Source: Planctomycetota bacterium
GTDB lineage: Bacteria > Planctomycetota > MHYJ01 > JACPRB01
Length of the DNA stretch: 47,418 nucleotides
Reading direction: 5' to 3'
Assembly: GCA_016190155.1 (NCBI GenBank)
Contig: JACPRB010000095.1
Span: 1-47,418 of the forward strand
The notes below the pieces were generated by a model. It was not told where the DNA came from. It ran no database searches and was given only the letters and a program-made list of their open reading frames with translations. Position numbers and translations under genes: made by a program. Shown here piece by piece: positions 27,372 through 38,835 of this stretch. Position 1 is the stretch's first letter. Every line of letters starts with the position of its first letter.

Positions 27372-28694
27372 CTACAAAGTCAGCGTGAAATCGTCCACCA
27401 GCGCCCCGGGCACCAGGCGGCTTTGCGTGGATCGCTGATAGTAGGTCCCCGGGTCGAGGATCAGATCCTGTTCCCTCGTCAGCCCCACGAGATTCTCCCC
27501 CAGCATCCGGAAGAGCGTCTCGTCGAATCGCATCACGTTCAGCGGCGCCTTGATCCGCGCGCCTTCCACCCAGAACGTGGCGAAGCGCGTCATGCCGGTC
27601 GTCCGGCAATTGCTCCGGTCTGAATAGTTGAGGTACCAGACGTTGCCCACGTAGATTCCCGTCTCCAACGTACGGAGCACTCTTTCCATGGGCAGATCTC
27701 CCGGCGCCACCTCCAGCGACTCCGGGATCTCCATGAGCGAGGCCCCGTTCGTGGGCACGCCGTACTCCATCGCCGAGCGGGGAGAGACGAGGCAATCGCG
27801 ATGGGCTCCGGCCTCGATCAGCGTCACGCGATCAGGACGAATGAACCCCGCCTCCTGGAAGTTGGCCGCGATTCCGGCCCCGGTGTGTTCCGCGATGTTC
27901 ACCGACGGATGCATGCGCACTTCGCCTTCGATCATCTTCAGCAGCGGCGTCTGCTTTGTCCGGTGGGACTTCAGCCCGAAGCCGCCCGAGTTGAGGATGC
28001 CGACGATGTCATAGAGGGCCGCGGGGGCGAGATAGACCCGGTACCGGCCGGGATGGACGGTGCGCGCAGGATGCGAGAGCGCCTCCAGCTGTTCCTTTGC
28101 CCACGAAACCTTGCGGTCGAACTCCTGGGGCTTCCACTCGAAGCCGGCGTAGGTCGTCTTCACCGCCTTGTCGAGCTGATGGTAGAAGCTCCAATCGAAG
28201 TTGAAGGTGTGGGTGCCGTACCAATTCCGCTGGCCGAACGAATTGGCGAATCCTTTGTGGATGCCGCCGGAGGCGTAGATGCCGACCAGGTCCCGCCCTT
28301 GGCCCGCCTTGCGGATTTCCTCCACCGCGGCCGCGGCGTCCGGCAGGCGGCTCGAGCCGGTGCGCTCCGTCGATCGCACCTCGGTGGCATAGAGAAGATG
28401 GGGATCCTCCGGGAGGTGGCTCCTTAGCTCTCGCAGGCTCTTGATCAGCCGGGCGATCCGCGGCCGGTCGGTCTCCAGATCCCCGGAGAGCGATCCACAG
28501 CCGGACGCGTGCCGCTTCCCGGAAATCAGGTCGATCTCCAGCATCCGCTGGGTGACGTGCCCCGCCTGGCGGATCTCGTTGCGATTGAAGCGCACGAAGT
28601 CCGAGTCCTCCGCGCCGAAATCGGAGGTGAACGCCTCGTCCGCATGAAGATGGGACTGGATTTCGTCGGCGATCGTGTTGAAGTATTCCCGCAT
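27372..28694 (-). CDS. pmbA: TldE/PmbA family protein
   Basis: Follows tldD; FVRFN, PGRYRVYL.P, TGMTR, MRFDE; lacks the HExxGH motif. Confidence 0.82.
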   Translation of the reverse strand: MREYFNTIADEIQSHLHADEAFTSDFGAEDSDFVRFNRNEIRQAGHVTQRMLEIDLISGKRHASGCGSLSGDLETDRPRIARLIKSLRELRSHLPEDPHLLYATEVRSTERTGSSRLPDAAAAVEEIRKAGQGRDLVGIYASGGIHKGFANSFGQRNWYGTHTFNFDWSFYHQLDKAVKTTYAGFEWKPQEFDRKVSWAKEQLEALSHPARTVHPGRYRVYLAPAALYDIVGILNSGGFGLKSHRTKQTPLLKMIEGEVRMHPSVNIAEHTGAGIAANFQEAGFIRPDRVTLIEAGAHRDCLVSPRSAMEYGVPTNGASLMEIPESLEVAPGDLPMERVLRTLETGIYVGNVWYLNYSDRSNCRTTGMTRFATFWVEGARIKAPLNVMRFDETLFRMLGENLVGLTREQDLILDPGTYYQRSTQSRLVPGALVDDFTLTL

Positions 28695-28695
28695 G

Positions 28696-30129
28696 CTAGG
28701 CTCCGCCAAACACGTCGACATTGCCGAAGACGCACGCCGGGGAGGCATGACCCACGCGGATCGACTGGTTCGGTTCGCCCTTGCCGCAGAAGGGCGTCCC
28801 CAGCACCTGCAGGCCCGCGGCGTCGCCCACCTGTTTGAGGCTCCGCCAGAAGGTGGCGGAGACGCCTCGGTAATTGGGCTTGCGGACCACGCCTTTGAGC
28901 TCCCCGTCCTCGATCATCCGCCCCCACTCGCATCCGAACTGAAACTTGTTGCGGGAGTCGTCGATCGACCAGGAGCAATTGGTCTCCATGGCGATGCCGC
29001 GCTCGATTCCGCGCACCATCTCGTCGAACGTGGACTCGCCCGGCTCCAGGTTGAGGTTCGCCATCCGATCGATGGGCGGGCGGTTCCAGCCCGCCGCCCG
29101 GGAGTTGGCGACGCCAGGAATGCCCGCTCGCGCCTGCGAGATCGCCCCGCCGAGCGGCCGCAGCAGGATGCCGTTGCGGATGATGTACTCCTTCTTCGCG
29201 GGTGTCCCGTCGTCGTCGAAGGCGTAGGTCGCGAGTTGATTGGGCCGCGTCGGGTCGAACGTGACGTTGAGGAGCTCGGTCCCGTAGCGATACGCCCCGA
29301 ACATGTCGAGCGTGACGAAGCTCGTGCCCGCGTAGTTTCGTTCGTCTCCGAGAATCCGGTCGAGCTCCAGCGGGTGCCCGATCGATTCGTGGATCTGGAG
29401 GATCATCTGATCGGGCGCGAGCAGCACCTCCATCTTTCCGGTGGGGCAGTCCGGGGCCGCCAGGAGCTGGAGCGCTTCGGATGAGATCCGGGGGGCCGCC
29501 TCGTGGAATCCCAGATCGTCCAGGACCTCCAGGCCGCCCTGCCGCGCGCAGCCGATGCCGCCGAACGAGCGCGTCTGCGTCTCCGTCCCCTCGTTCGCCG
29601 TGGCGGTCATGTTGGGCACGAGAAAGTGGAAGCGCTGATAGACTCGCCCTCCGTCGGACGTCAGAAGGAGCGTCTCCAGCTCCGTATGCCAGAGGCGTGC
29701 GTCCCAGTCGACGATCCGGTCGTCCGCTTTGAGTTGCTCGCACACCTCTTGAAGGAGGGCGATCTTGTCGCCGAGCGAGACCGAATCCCAAGGCTTCGCG
29801 GGACGGGACGTGTATTCGCCCTTCGGCGAGCGCGGGTGGACCCGGGTGAAGTCCAGCACGCTCTTCCCGGCCGTGCGATGCGCCCACTCGAGAGCCTTGT
29901 CGGCGGCGCGCTTCAGCCCGGCGCGCGTCAGGTCGCAGGTTCCGGCGTAACCCAGTCCGCCTCCGTCGACCACGGTGATCATCGCGCCGACATCTTCCGA
30001 CGTGGAGACCGGTTCCACGATGTTCTGGCGGACGGCGACTTGCTCGTTGCGCCCGCGAACGTATCGGAGGGAAGCGTAGTCCGCCTCGGGCGCGGCCTCC
30101 CGGAAAAGTCTCTCGACGGCTTCCAGCAT
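28696..30129 (-). CDS. tldD: TldD metalloprotease
   Basis: HESIGHPLELDR, FDDDG, PIDRMANL, CGKGEP; AGGAGG before ATG 30129. Confidence 0.92.
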   Translation of the reverse strand: MLEAVERLFREAAPEADYASLRYVRGRNEQVAVRQNIVEPVSTSEDVGAMITVVDGGGLGYAGTCDLTRAGLKRAADKALEWAHRTAGKSVLDFTRVHPRSPKGEYTSRPAKPWDSVSLGDKIALLQEVCEQLKADDRIVDWDARLWHTELETLLLTSDGGRVYQRFHFLVPNMTATANEGTETQTRSFGGIGCARQGGLEVLDDLGFHEAAPRISSEALQLLAAPDCPTGKMEVLLAPDQMILQIHESIGHPLELDRILGDERNYAGTSFVTLDMFGAYRYGTELLNVTFDPTRPNQLATYAFDDDGTPAKKEYIIRNGILLRPLGGAISQARAGIPGVANSRAAGWNRPPIDRMANLNLEPGESTFDEMVRGIERGIAMETNCSWSIDDSRNKFQFGCEWGRMIEDGELKGVVRKPNYRGVSATFWRSLKQVGDAAGLQVLGTPFCGKGEPNQSIRVGHASPACVFGNVDVFGGA

Positions 30130-30166
30130 GATGGCCTCCTGGAGACCGCACAGCCTACCAGAAAAA

Positions 30167-30196
30167 CCGTTCGACCGTTCACCTGTTCGTCCGTTG
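30167..30196. repeat. Octamer-period GTTC repeat (reverse of the 18264 family)
   Basis: GTTC at 30169, 30177 and 30185, GTTG at 30193. Confidence 0.6.
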
Positions 30197-30219
30197 TGTG
30201 CATTCGCAGGTGATTCTGC

Positions 30220-30248
30220 TTGACCCGAGCCGCTTGAGTCACTAAACT
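30220..30248 (+). promoter_or_regulatory. Sigma70-type promoter of the Lys-rich protein gene
   Basis: TTGACC, 17 nt, TAAACT; ATG 9 nt downstream, no SD. Confidence 0.6.
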
Positions 30249-30257
30249 CTGCAGCCC

Positions 30258-30638
30258 ATGACCGACAAGCAGGAAGCACTCAAGAAGATCATCGCCGAGT
30301 TCAAGGAGAAGGTCTCCAAGCAGACGGCGGCCTCGAAGGAACCTAAGAACGACCCCGAACTGCGCGAGCTTCGCAAGCAGCTCAAGCGAGCACAGCGGCG
30401 CCTGGCCAAGATCACCAAGTACTCGCTCGAAGAGAGCGTCAAGAGGACGCAGAAGCGCTCCGACATTATTTCCAAGCTCCTCTCGGACATGACCAAGGGC
30501 GCGAAGAAAGTGCAGGCTGATCCTTACGTGCACTCGCTGCGCAAGAAGTCGAAGTCGCTCAACAAGCGCCTCAAGAAGCTCAATCGGTTGATCGAGAAGC
30601 AGAAGAAGGCGGCCCCGCCCGCCCCACAGACCTCATAA
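30258..30638 (+). CDS. Highly basic 126-aa helical protein with internal duplication
   Basis: 37/126 residues K or R by hand count; strong codon bias; two DP-x4-LRK repeats. Confidence 0.85.
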   Translation: MTDKQEALKKIIAEFKEKVSKQTAASKEPKNDPELRELRKQLKRAQRRLAKITKYSLEESVKRTQKRSDIISKLLSDMTKGAKKVQADPYVHSLRKKSKSLNKRLKKLNRLIEKQKKAAPPAPQTS

Positions 30639-30674
30639 GGCCGGCTATCCTTGTCAGACCTCGGGGCTGCGTCC

Positions 30675-32675
<2,001 letters not shown>

Positions 32676-32690
32676 CGCGTAGTCGAGCGG

Positions 32691-33833
32691 CTATTCCCTC
32701 GGCGCGAGCTCCTCCTCGCGACGCCCCGTCAGCGGCGGACACCGCTGCGACTCCTGGCGCACGACGTCCTCCAGCGTCCCCTCGCGGATGGCTGCGCGCA
32801 GGCGCCGCATGAGCCCGACGTAGTAGTGGATGTTGTGCAGCGACAGCATCGCGAGCCCGACGATCTCGTCCACATTGAAGCAGTGACGCAGGTAGGCTCG
32901 TGAGAAGGCGGCGCAACAGGGACAGGAGCAGTTCGGATCGACGGGCCGCGCGTCCTCTTTCCATTCCGCGTTGCGGATCTTGATCATGCCCTCGCTGGTG
33001 AACGCCCAGCCGTTGCGGCCGAGGCGCGTGGGGAGCACGCAGTCGAACATGTCGATGCCGAGCGCCACGCTGCGCGCGATGTCGGCGGGCGTGCCCACGC
33101 CCATCAGGTAGCGCGGCTTGTTCACGGGCAGGAGCGCCGCGGTGACGTCGGTGATTTCGTAGAGAAGCTCCGCGGGTTCGCCGAGCGAAAGGCCGCCGAT
33201 CGCGTACCCGGGGAGATCATGCGCGCAGACGGCCTCCGCGGAGGCTCGCCGGAGGCGTGCGTCCATGCCTCCCTGGACGATGCCGAAGAGCGCTTGCGGG
33301 CCGTCGCCGGCCCACGCGCGCTTGCACCGTGTCAGCCAGGCGTGCGTCCGCTGCATCGCTTTCTCGACGCGTGCTCCGTCGCACGGCCAGGGGGCGGGTT
33401 CGTCGAGCGGCATGATGACGTCGGCGCCGAGGCGGCGCTGGATTTCGACCGCGCGCTCCGGGGTGAGCGAGACGAGGCTGCCGTCGAGATGCGACTGGAA
33501 CTCGACTCCTTCATCGTTGACCTTGCGCAGGCGCGCCAGGCTGAAGACCTGATAGCCGCCGCTGTCGGTGAGGATGGGGCGCGGCCAGGCCATGAAGCGG
33601 TGCAGTCCGCCCATCTTCGCCACGAGCTCCTCGCCGGGCCGCAAGGCGAGATGGTAAGTGTTGCTCAGGATCATCTCTACGCCTGCCACTTCGAGCTGCG
33701 AGGGGAGGAGGGACTTGACCGCGGCCTTGGTGCCGACGGGCATGAAGACCGGGGTCTCGACGGCGCCGTGCGTCGTTTCGAGTCGGCCGGTGCGTGCGCG
33801 CCCGGATTGGTGGAGGACCTCGAAGCGGATCAC
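32691..33833 (-). CDS. tgt: tRNA-guanine transglycosylase
   Basis: TPVFMPVGT, NTYHL, TDSGGYQ, GIVQGG, DMFDCVLPTR, C.C..C zinc site; GTG 7 nt after TACCAT. Confidence 0.96.
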   Translation of the reverse strand: MIRFEVLHQSGRARTGRLETTHGAVETPVFMPVGTKAAVKSLLPSQLEVAGVEMILSNTYHLALRPGEELVAKMGGLHRFMAWPRPILTDSGGYQVFSLARLRKVNDEGVEFQSHLDGSLVSLTPERAVEIQRRLGADVIMPLDEPAPWPCDGARVEKAMQRTHAWLTRCKRAWAGDGPQALFGIVQGGMDARLRRASAEAVCAHDLPGYAIGGLSLGEPAELLYEITDVTAALLPVNKPRYLMGVGTPADIARSVALGIDMFDCVLPTRLGRNGWAFTSEGMIKIRNAEWKEDARPVDPNCSCPCCAAFSRAYLRHCFNVDEIVGLAMLSLHNIHYYVGLMRRLRAAIREGTLEDVVRQESQRCPPLTGRREEELAPRE

Positions 33834-33865
33834 GCGCAGGATGGTAGCCGCCGCGCGCGGGAAAC

Positions 33866-34285
33866 TCAATCGCCGATCATCTGAAGCACGATCTCGCGCT
33901 CGCGCGCCCGCGTGTCGAAATCGATGAGGACGATCTGCTGCCACGTGCCCAGGGTGAGCCGGCCGTTCGTGAAGGGGACGGTGATGGACGGGCCCAGCAG
34001 CGAGGCGCGCACATGCGAATGGCCGTTGTCGTCGCCCCAGCGCTCGTGATGCTTGTACGGGCGGTTCGAGGGCGCGATCTCCTCGAACATCCGCTGGAGG
34101 TCGGAGACGAGGCCGGGTTCGTACTCGACGGTCGTAATGCCGGCCGTGGAGCCGACGGTGAAGACCGTGACGATCCCGTTCTTCAGGCGGGAGCGTTCCA
34201 GGGCGGATTGGACGGCGGCGGTGATATCATGGATATCCGTGTGCCCGCGGGTCGAGAGCTTGATCGTGTCGGTAGCGACGGTCAT
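33866..34285 (-). CDS. yjbQ: YjbQ/UPF0047 family protein (139 aa)
   Basis: GSTAGITT.E, Y.H, DNGHSH.RASLLG, LGTWQQI...DFD. Confidence 0.9.
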   Translation of the reverse strand: MTVATDTIKLSTRGHTDIHDITAAVQSALERSRLKNGIVTVFTVGSTAGITTVEYEPGLVSDLQRMFEEIAPSNRPYKHHERWGDDNGHSHVRASLLGPSITVPFTNGRLTLGTWQQIVLIDFDTRAREREIVLQMIGD

Positions 34286-34321
34286 GGCATCGGATTGTAG
34301 CCGAAGGGGTGTCAGATCGGT

Positions 34322-35863
34322 ATGAGCTTGCGCTGGGCGGCCGTCCTTCTCTTCATCGCCCTTGAGGCGCGCGCGGACGATCTGGACAAGGCGCTGCGGA
34401 CGATCAAGGCGGCGGATCTGCAGAAGCATCAGGTGGTTCTGGCGTCGGACGCGTTCGAGGGGCGGGAGGCGGGCAGCGAGGGCGGTCACAAGGCGGCGCT
34501 CTACATCAGCGAGCTCCTGTCGAAGTGGGGCCTCGAGCCTGGCGGGCAGGACGACACGTGGTTCCAACCGTTCGGCGGCGAGGTGACGTACGGCGACTTG
34601 GCGGAGGCGAACGCCCTGCGGGTGTACAAGGACCGGACGATGCGCTCGTGCGACCTCTACAAGCTGAACGAGTCGCTGATGCCGCTGCGCGTGGGGCGGG
34701 CGGGGACGGCGACGGGCGAGATCGTGTTCGCGGGGTACGGCATCACGGCGCCGGAGTACGAGTACGACGACTACAAGGGTCTGAAGGCGAAGGAGGCGAT
34801 CGTGCTCGTGCTGGATCACGAGCCGCAGGAGCGTGATGCGTCGAGCCGTTGGAACGGCGAGAAGCCGACGAAGTACTGCGATTGGGAGCACAAGATCTCC
34901 AACGCGGAGCGCAACGGCGCCGCCGCGCTCATGATCGTGCTCGATCCCGTCAATCACGAGGAGCGAGGGATTCCGGAGCACGATGGATTGCGATGGCCGG
35001 GGGACGTCAAGGAGGCGAAATGCCGGATCCCGGTCGTCTATCTGACGGCCGACGCGGCGGAGGGTCTGGCGAAGCTTGCGTCGAAGAGCCTCAAGCAGCT
35101 GCAGCACGAGATCGACACGACGGGCAAGCCGCGCGCGTTTCGCGTCGCGCGGCCGGCGAAGCTCTCGGTCGCGTATCGAGGGCTGCCGGGCAAGGGCCAG
35201 AAGAACATCGTCGCGATTTGGCGTGGGACGGATCGGCCGGACGAGTATGTGGTGATCGGGGCGCACTATGATCACGTGGGGTTCGGCCGCGCGGGCAGCA
35301 ACGGCAAGGCGGGCGAGATCCACAACGGCGCGGACGACAACGCGTCCGGGACGTGCGCGCTGCTGGAGATCGCGGAGGCTCTGGCGGTGGCGCGGCCGAG
35401 GCGCTCGATCGTCTGCATCTGGTTCGACGCGGAGGAGAAGGGGCTGGTGGGATCGCAGGAGTGGTGTCGCAAGCCGACGGTGCCGATGGAGAAAGTGGTC
35501 GGCATGATCAACCTGGACATGATCGGGCGCAACGAGGTGCGCGACATCAAGGTGGGGGTGGAGGGCGGGACCCATCCGAAATATCCGAAGCTCGCGGCGC
35601 TGATGAGGGAGGCGGAGCGGGTGTTTCAGGTGCGGTTCGATTGGGACACCATCATCAACCAGAATCTGATTCAGCGCAGCGATCACTGGAACTTCATGCA
35701 GGCGGGAGTGCCGGCGACCTTTCTTTCGGGCGGGTTGCACGGGGACTACCACACGGAGCGCGACGACGCGGACAAGATCAACTATCCGAAGGAGGAGTTG
35801 ATCGGGCGGATCGTTCTATGGCTGGCTCACCGGATGGCGGCGATGGAGGGGGCGTTGAAGTAG
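34322..35863 (+). CDS. Secreted M28 family metallopeptidase with PA domain
   Basis: Signal peptide; LASD.FEGR, FAGYGI, GAHYDH, GADDNASG, AEEKGL.GS, NLDMIG, RSDH, YH. Confidence 0.9.
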   Translation: MSLRWAAVLLFIALEARADDLDKALRTIKAADLQKHQVVLASDAFEGREAGSEGGHKAALYISELLSKWGLEPGGQDDTWFQPFGGEVTYGDLAEANALRVYKDRTMRSCDLYKLNESLMPLRVGRAGTATGEIVFAGYGITAPEYEYDDYKGLKAKEAIVLVLDHEPQERDASSRWNGEKPTKYCDWEHKISNAERNGAAALMIVLDPVNHEERGIPEHDGLRWPGDVKEAKCRIPVVYLTADAAEGLAKLASKSLKQLQHEIDTTGKPRAFRVARPAKLSVAYRGLPGKGQKNIVAIWRGTDRPDEYVVIGAHYDHVGFGRAGSNGKAGEIHNGADDNASGTCALLEIAEALAVARPRRSIVCIWFDAEEKGLVGSQEWCRKPTVPMEKVVGMINLDMIGRNEVRDIKVGVEGGTHPKYPKLAALMREAERVFQVRFDWDTIINQNLIQRSDHWNFMQAGVPATFLSGGLHGDYHTERDDADKINYPKEELIGRIVLWLAHRMAAMEGALK

Positions 35864-35937
35864 CGGGAGCGGCTGCGTGGAATCTGGAAGCCGAGGGCCG
35901 CTGAAGCTATGATTCCCTCCGCCATGCGGTCGTGTGC

Positions 35938-36013
35938 GCCGGGGTAGCTCAACGGTTAGAGCGGCGGTTTCATAAGCCGTAGGCTGCCGGTTCGAGTCCG
36001 GCCCCCGGCACCA
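35938..36013 (+). tRNA. tRNA with CAT anticodon (elongator tRNA-Met likely; tRNA-Ile2 not excluded)
   Basis: Acceptor GCCGGGG/CCCCGGC-A-CCA, D arm GCTC/GAGC, loop TTCATAA, T loop TTCGAGT; paired G1-C72 so not initiator. Confidence 0.93.
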
Positions 36014-36213
36014 CTCGTGGCGCTGGGGTTCGTGCACTTTCCTATTCGTGAAGGCTTTCGGCTGAGGCGTGCAGGCAGCGACGAAGGGCACGCGAGCGAC
36101 GTGCAAGACTGAAGCCGATCAGAAGGGGCGGTTGGAGTCGTCCCCTTTCGACCGGCGACGTCGAAACGCCCTTCGAGATTCCATCAAGTCCGGAGGGTAG
36201 ATAGAATGCCACG

Positions 36214-36861
36214 ATGTCGGAAGAGACGGCGACGGGCGGGCCGAACGTCCGCTTTCAGCAGACGCTTTGGACGATGGTGCTGGAGGCGAAGCAGGGGACG
36301 GCCGAGAGCGTGGATCGGCTCGTGGCGCTGTACTGGAAGCCCGTCTACTTTTTCATCCGCCGGCGGGGGTATTCGATCGAGGACGCAAAGGACCTGACGC
36401 AGTCGTACTTCGCGACGTTCTTGGAGAAGGACTTCCTGAAGGACGTCTCGCCGGATCGGGGACGCTTCCGGTCGTTCGTGCTGGCGACCGTGGCGCATTT
36501 CCTGTCGAACGAGGCGCATCGGGCGCGCGCGAAGAAGCGGGGCGGGGATTTCGATTTCGTCCGGGCGGAGACGGAGATCGTGTCGGCCGAAGCCGAGCCC
36601 GAGAAGGCCTTCCTCAAGCAGTGGGCGCTGGAGACGCTGGGGCAGGCCATGGATCGGCTCCGGAAAGAGTGTTCGGCGGAGGACGTGGCGCTCTTGAACG
36701 GCGCGGCGCGGCCGGATCTGAGCGAGAGCGACCGGAAGAACCGGCTTCATCGCCTGCGACAGCGGCTGCGCGAGTGCCTGCGGGAGATCGTGCGGGCGTC
36801 GGTGGAGCGGGAGAGCGACGTGGAGGACGAGGTGCGGGAACTTCTTGCAACGCTGGGCTGA
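36214..36861 (+). CDS. ECF sigma-70 factor paired with Ser/Thr kinase
   Basis: FQQTLW, YWKPVYFFIRRRG, DAKDLTQ, GRFRSF, region-4 end 'KNRLHRLRQRL'; TAGAAT 6 nt before ATG. Confidence 0.88.
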   Translation: MSEETATGGPNVRFQQTLWTMVLEAKQGTAESVDRLVALYWKPVYFFIRRRGYSIEDAKDLTQSYFATFLEKDFLKDVSPDRGRFRSFVLATVAHFLSNEAHRARAKKRGGDFDFVRAETEIVSAEAEPEKAFLKQWALETLGQAMDRLRKECSAEDVALLNGAARPDLSESDRKNRLHRLRQRLRECLREIVRASVERESDVEDEVRELLATLG

Positions 36862-36914
36862 AAGTTTAAAACCATCCGTCGCTTTTCTTTCTGATAGCGG
36901 CGGAGGAAATCGCC

Positions 36915-38597
36915 ATGGAATGTCCGCGTTGCCGCAAGGAAGTGCCTGAGCCGGTGTTGCAGCGTTACGGGGGCGTTTGTCCGCCGTGTCTGGCCGGTTT
37001 CGCGGGGGAGGGCGCGGGGGCGCCGACGGAGCTTGAGGTGCCGACGGTTCAGCCGGGGATGCGCTTTCACGGGTTTGAGATCGTGCGCCGGTTGGGTCAG
37101 GGCGGGATGGGGACGGTGTACGAGGCGCGGCAGGTGGGGCTGGAGCGGTCGGTGGCGCTGAAGATCCTGTCGGCGAAGCTGGCGCAGGACGAGCAATTCG
37201 CGCAGCGGTTCGCGCGGGAGGCGAAGGCGATGGCGTCGCTGAACCACCCGAACATCGTGCAGGTGTTCGATTTCGGGAAGGAGGACGGGCGGTACTTCCT
37301 GGCGATGGAGTATGTGGAGGGGGTGTCGCTGCGGGGCTTGATGGCGGGGAATCGTTTGCGGCCTGAGGAGGCGCTGCGGATCGTGCCGCAGATCTGCGAG
37401 GCGCTGGAGTACGCGCACGGGCATGGGGTGGTGCACCGGGACATCAAGCCGGAGAACATCTTGGTGGGGCGGGACGGGCGGGTGAAGATCGCGGACTTCG
37501 GGCTGGCGAAGATGGTGATGGAGGAAGGGGGGACGCTGACGCGGACGAGCGTGGCGATGGGGACGCCGCAGTACATGGCGCCGGAGCAGTACGAGCGGAT
37601 GAAGGACGTGGACCATCGGGCGGACATCTATTCGTTGGGGGTGGTGTTCTACGAGATGCTGACGGGGGAGGTTCCGGCGGGGCACTTTCAGCCGCCGTCG
37701 CGGAAGGTGGACGTGGATGCGCGGCTGGACGGAATCGTGCTCAAGGCGATGGCGAGGGAGCCGGAGAAGCGATATCAGCGGGCGGTGGAAGTGAGGACGG
37801 ACATGGAGCTGATGGCGTCGGGACGCGGGGTCGTAAATGAGGTACAACCAGCGCCGGCGCGGACTTCCAAGGTTGCGGTGTGGAGTCTGGCGTGTTGGGG
37901 CATTGCGGTGGCGGCGCTGGTTGCCGGAGCGGTAGGGGATGCTGAAGGGGTGAGATGGATTGCCTCGCTGGGAAAGACGGGTGCGATCCTCGCTTTCTTG
38001 GCCTCGCCGATTCTGGCCATTGCCGCGCTGATTCGGATTCATCTGAGCCACGGACGGCTGGTCGGAAGGGCGTATGCCGTGACGGCGCTTGCGTTCCTCC
38101 TCCTCCCTTGCGCCGCAATAGCTGTCTTGTCTTATTCTACAGGTATGCCTGTAGAAGAGGTTAGTCAGCGCCGGTCCGTGCCCGCGCGACGGCCGTTGAA
38201 ACTTGATCTTGATGATGTGGTGTCGGACCTGAAGCTCACGCACGGAAGCCTCTTCGCGGACGGGCAGGGCTGGGTTGTCACGCGAGAGCACTCCGAGATC
38301 CGTGAAATCCGGGCGGAATGGGATCGTCTCTTGGGCCGCCAGACCTTCACGTCCGATAACTACACGGGGGCATGGCGCGGCGTCCTTCAAACGGGAGGCA
38401 CGATCATCATCATCTTGGAGATGAACGGGGGAGCGGGATCAGGCCGCTCCCTGAAGGAAACGGCGGGCCCAGGGTCTTTTCGGTGTCTTGAATCAGATAG
38501 TTTCCACGCACTCATTCGTCAGACGCGCGACGACGAGGTCACCTCCGAAGAGGCGCGCCGGGTGGCGGATCTTCTTCGGGGGAAGTTCAAGCCGTGA
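36915..38597 (+). CDS. Membrane Hanks-type Ser/Thr protein kinase with N-terminal Zn ribbon
   Basis: CPRC..CPPC; LGQGGMG, VALK, HRDIKPEN, DFG, GTPQYMAPE; three hydrophobic segments then C-terminal domain. Confidence 0.93.
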   Translation: MECPRCRKEVPEPVLQRYGGVCPPCLAGFAGEGAGAPTELEVPTVQPGMRFHGFEIVRRLGQGGMGTVYEARQVGLERSVALKILSAKLAQDEQFAQRFAREAKAMASLNHPNIVQVFDFGKEDGRYFLAMEYVEGVSLRGLMAGNRLRPEEALRIVPQICEALEYAHGHGVVHRDIKPENILVGRDGRVKIADFGLAKMVMEEGGTLTRTSVAMGTPQYMAPEQYERMKDVDHRADIYSLGVVFYEMLTGEVPAGHFQPPSRKVDVDARLDGIVLKAMAREPEKRYQRAVEVRTDMELMASGRGVVNEVQPAPARTSKVAVWSLACWGIAVAALVAGAVGDAEGVRWIASLGKTGAILAFLASPILAIAALIRIHLSHGRLVGRAYAVTALAFLLLPCAAIAVLSYSTGMPVEEVSQRRSVPARRPLKLDLDDVVSDLKLTHGSLFADGQGWVVTREHSEIREIRAEWDRLLGRQTFTSDNYTGAWRGVLQTGGTIIIILEMNGGAGSGRSLKETAGPGSFRCLESDSFHALIRQTRDDEVTSEEARRVADLLRGKFKP

Positions 38598-38835
38598 CCC
38601 CCGCGACCTTCAGGACCGCGCACAATCGCCTTCCGGCGGGCGTGGAGTGCAGGCGCTGCGCCGCTTCCGCCAACGCCCGCCCGCGCTCGACATCCCCCGC
38701 TCGAAGGGCCTCCCGCGCCCGGCGGCGCAGGTCGTGGCCGGCCACGGCGAGCGTCATCAACGGCCCCAGGTCCGCGCCGCAGCGCGGGCACTCGCGCGAC
38801 TGCCGGAACCGCGCCCGACACACCGGACAGCTCAT
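38587..38835 (-). CDS. Small Zn-finger plus TPR-like helical hairpin protein (82 aa)
   Basis: MSCPVC...CPRCGADL; TGATG overlap with the Hsp70 stop. Confidence 0.75.
   Translation of the reverse strand: MSCPVCRARFRQSRECPRCGADLGPLMTLAVAGHDLRRRAREALRAGDVERGRALAEAAQRLHSTPAGRRLCAVLKVAGVTA

Noticed and set aside
36014-36200. Possible ncRNA or terminator after the tRNA
   Set aside because: Several competing imperfect stems, no U-tract and no recognisable family.
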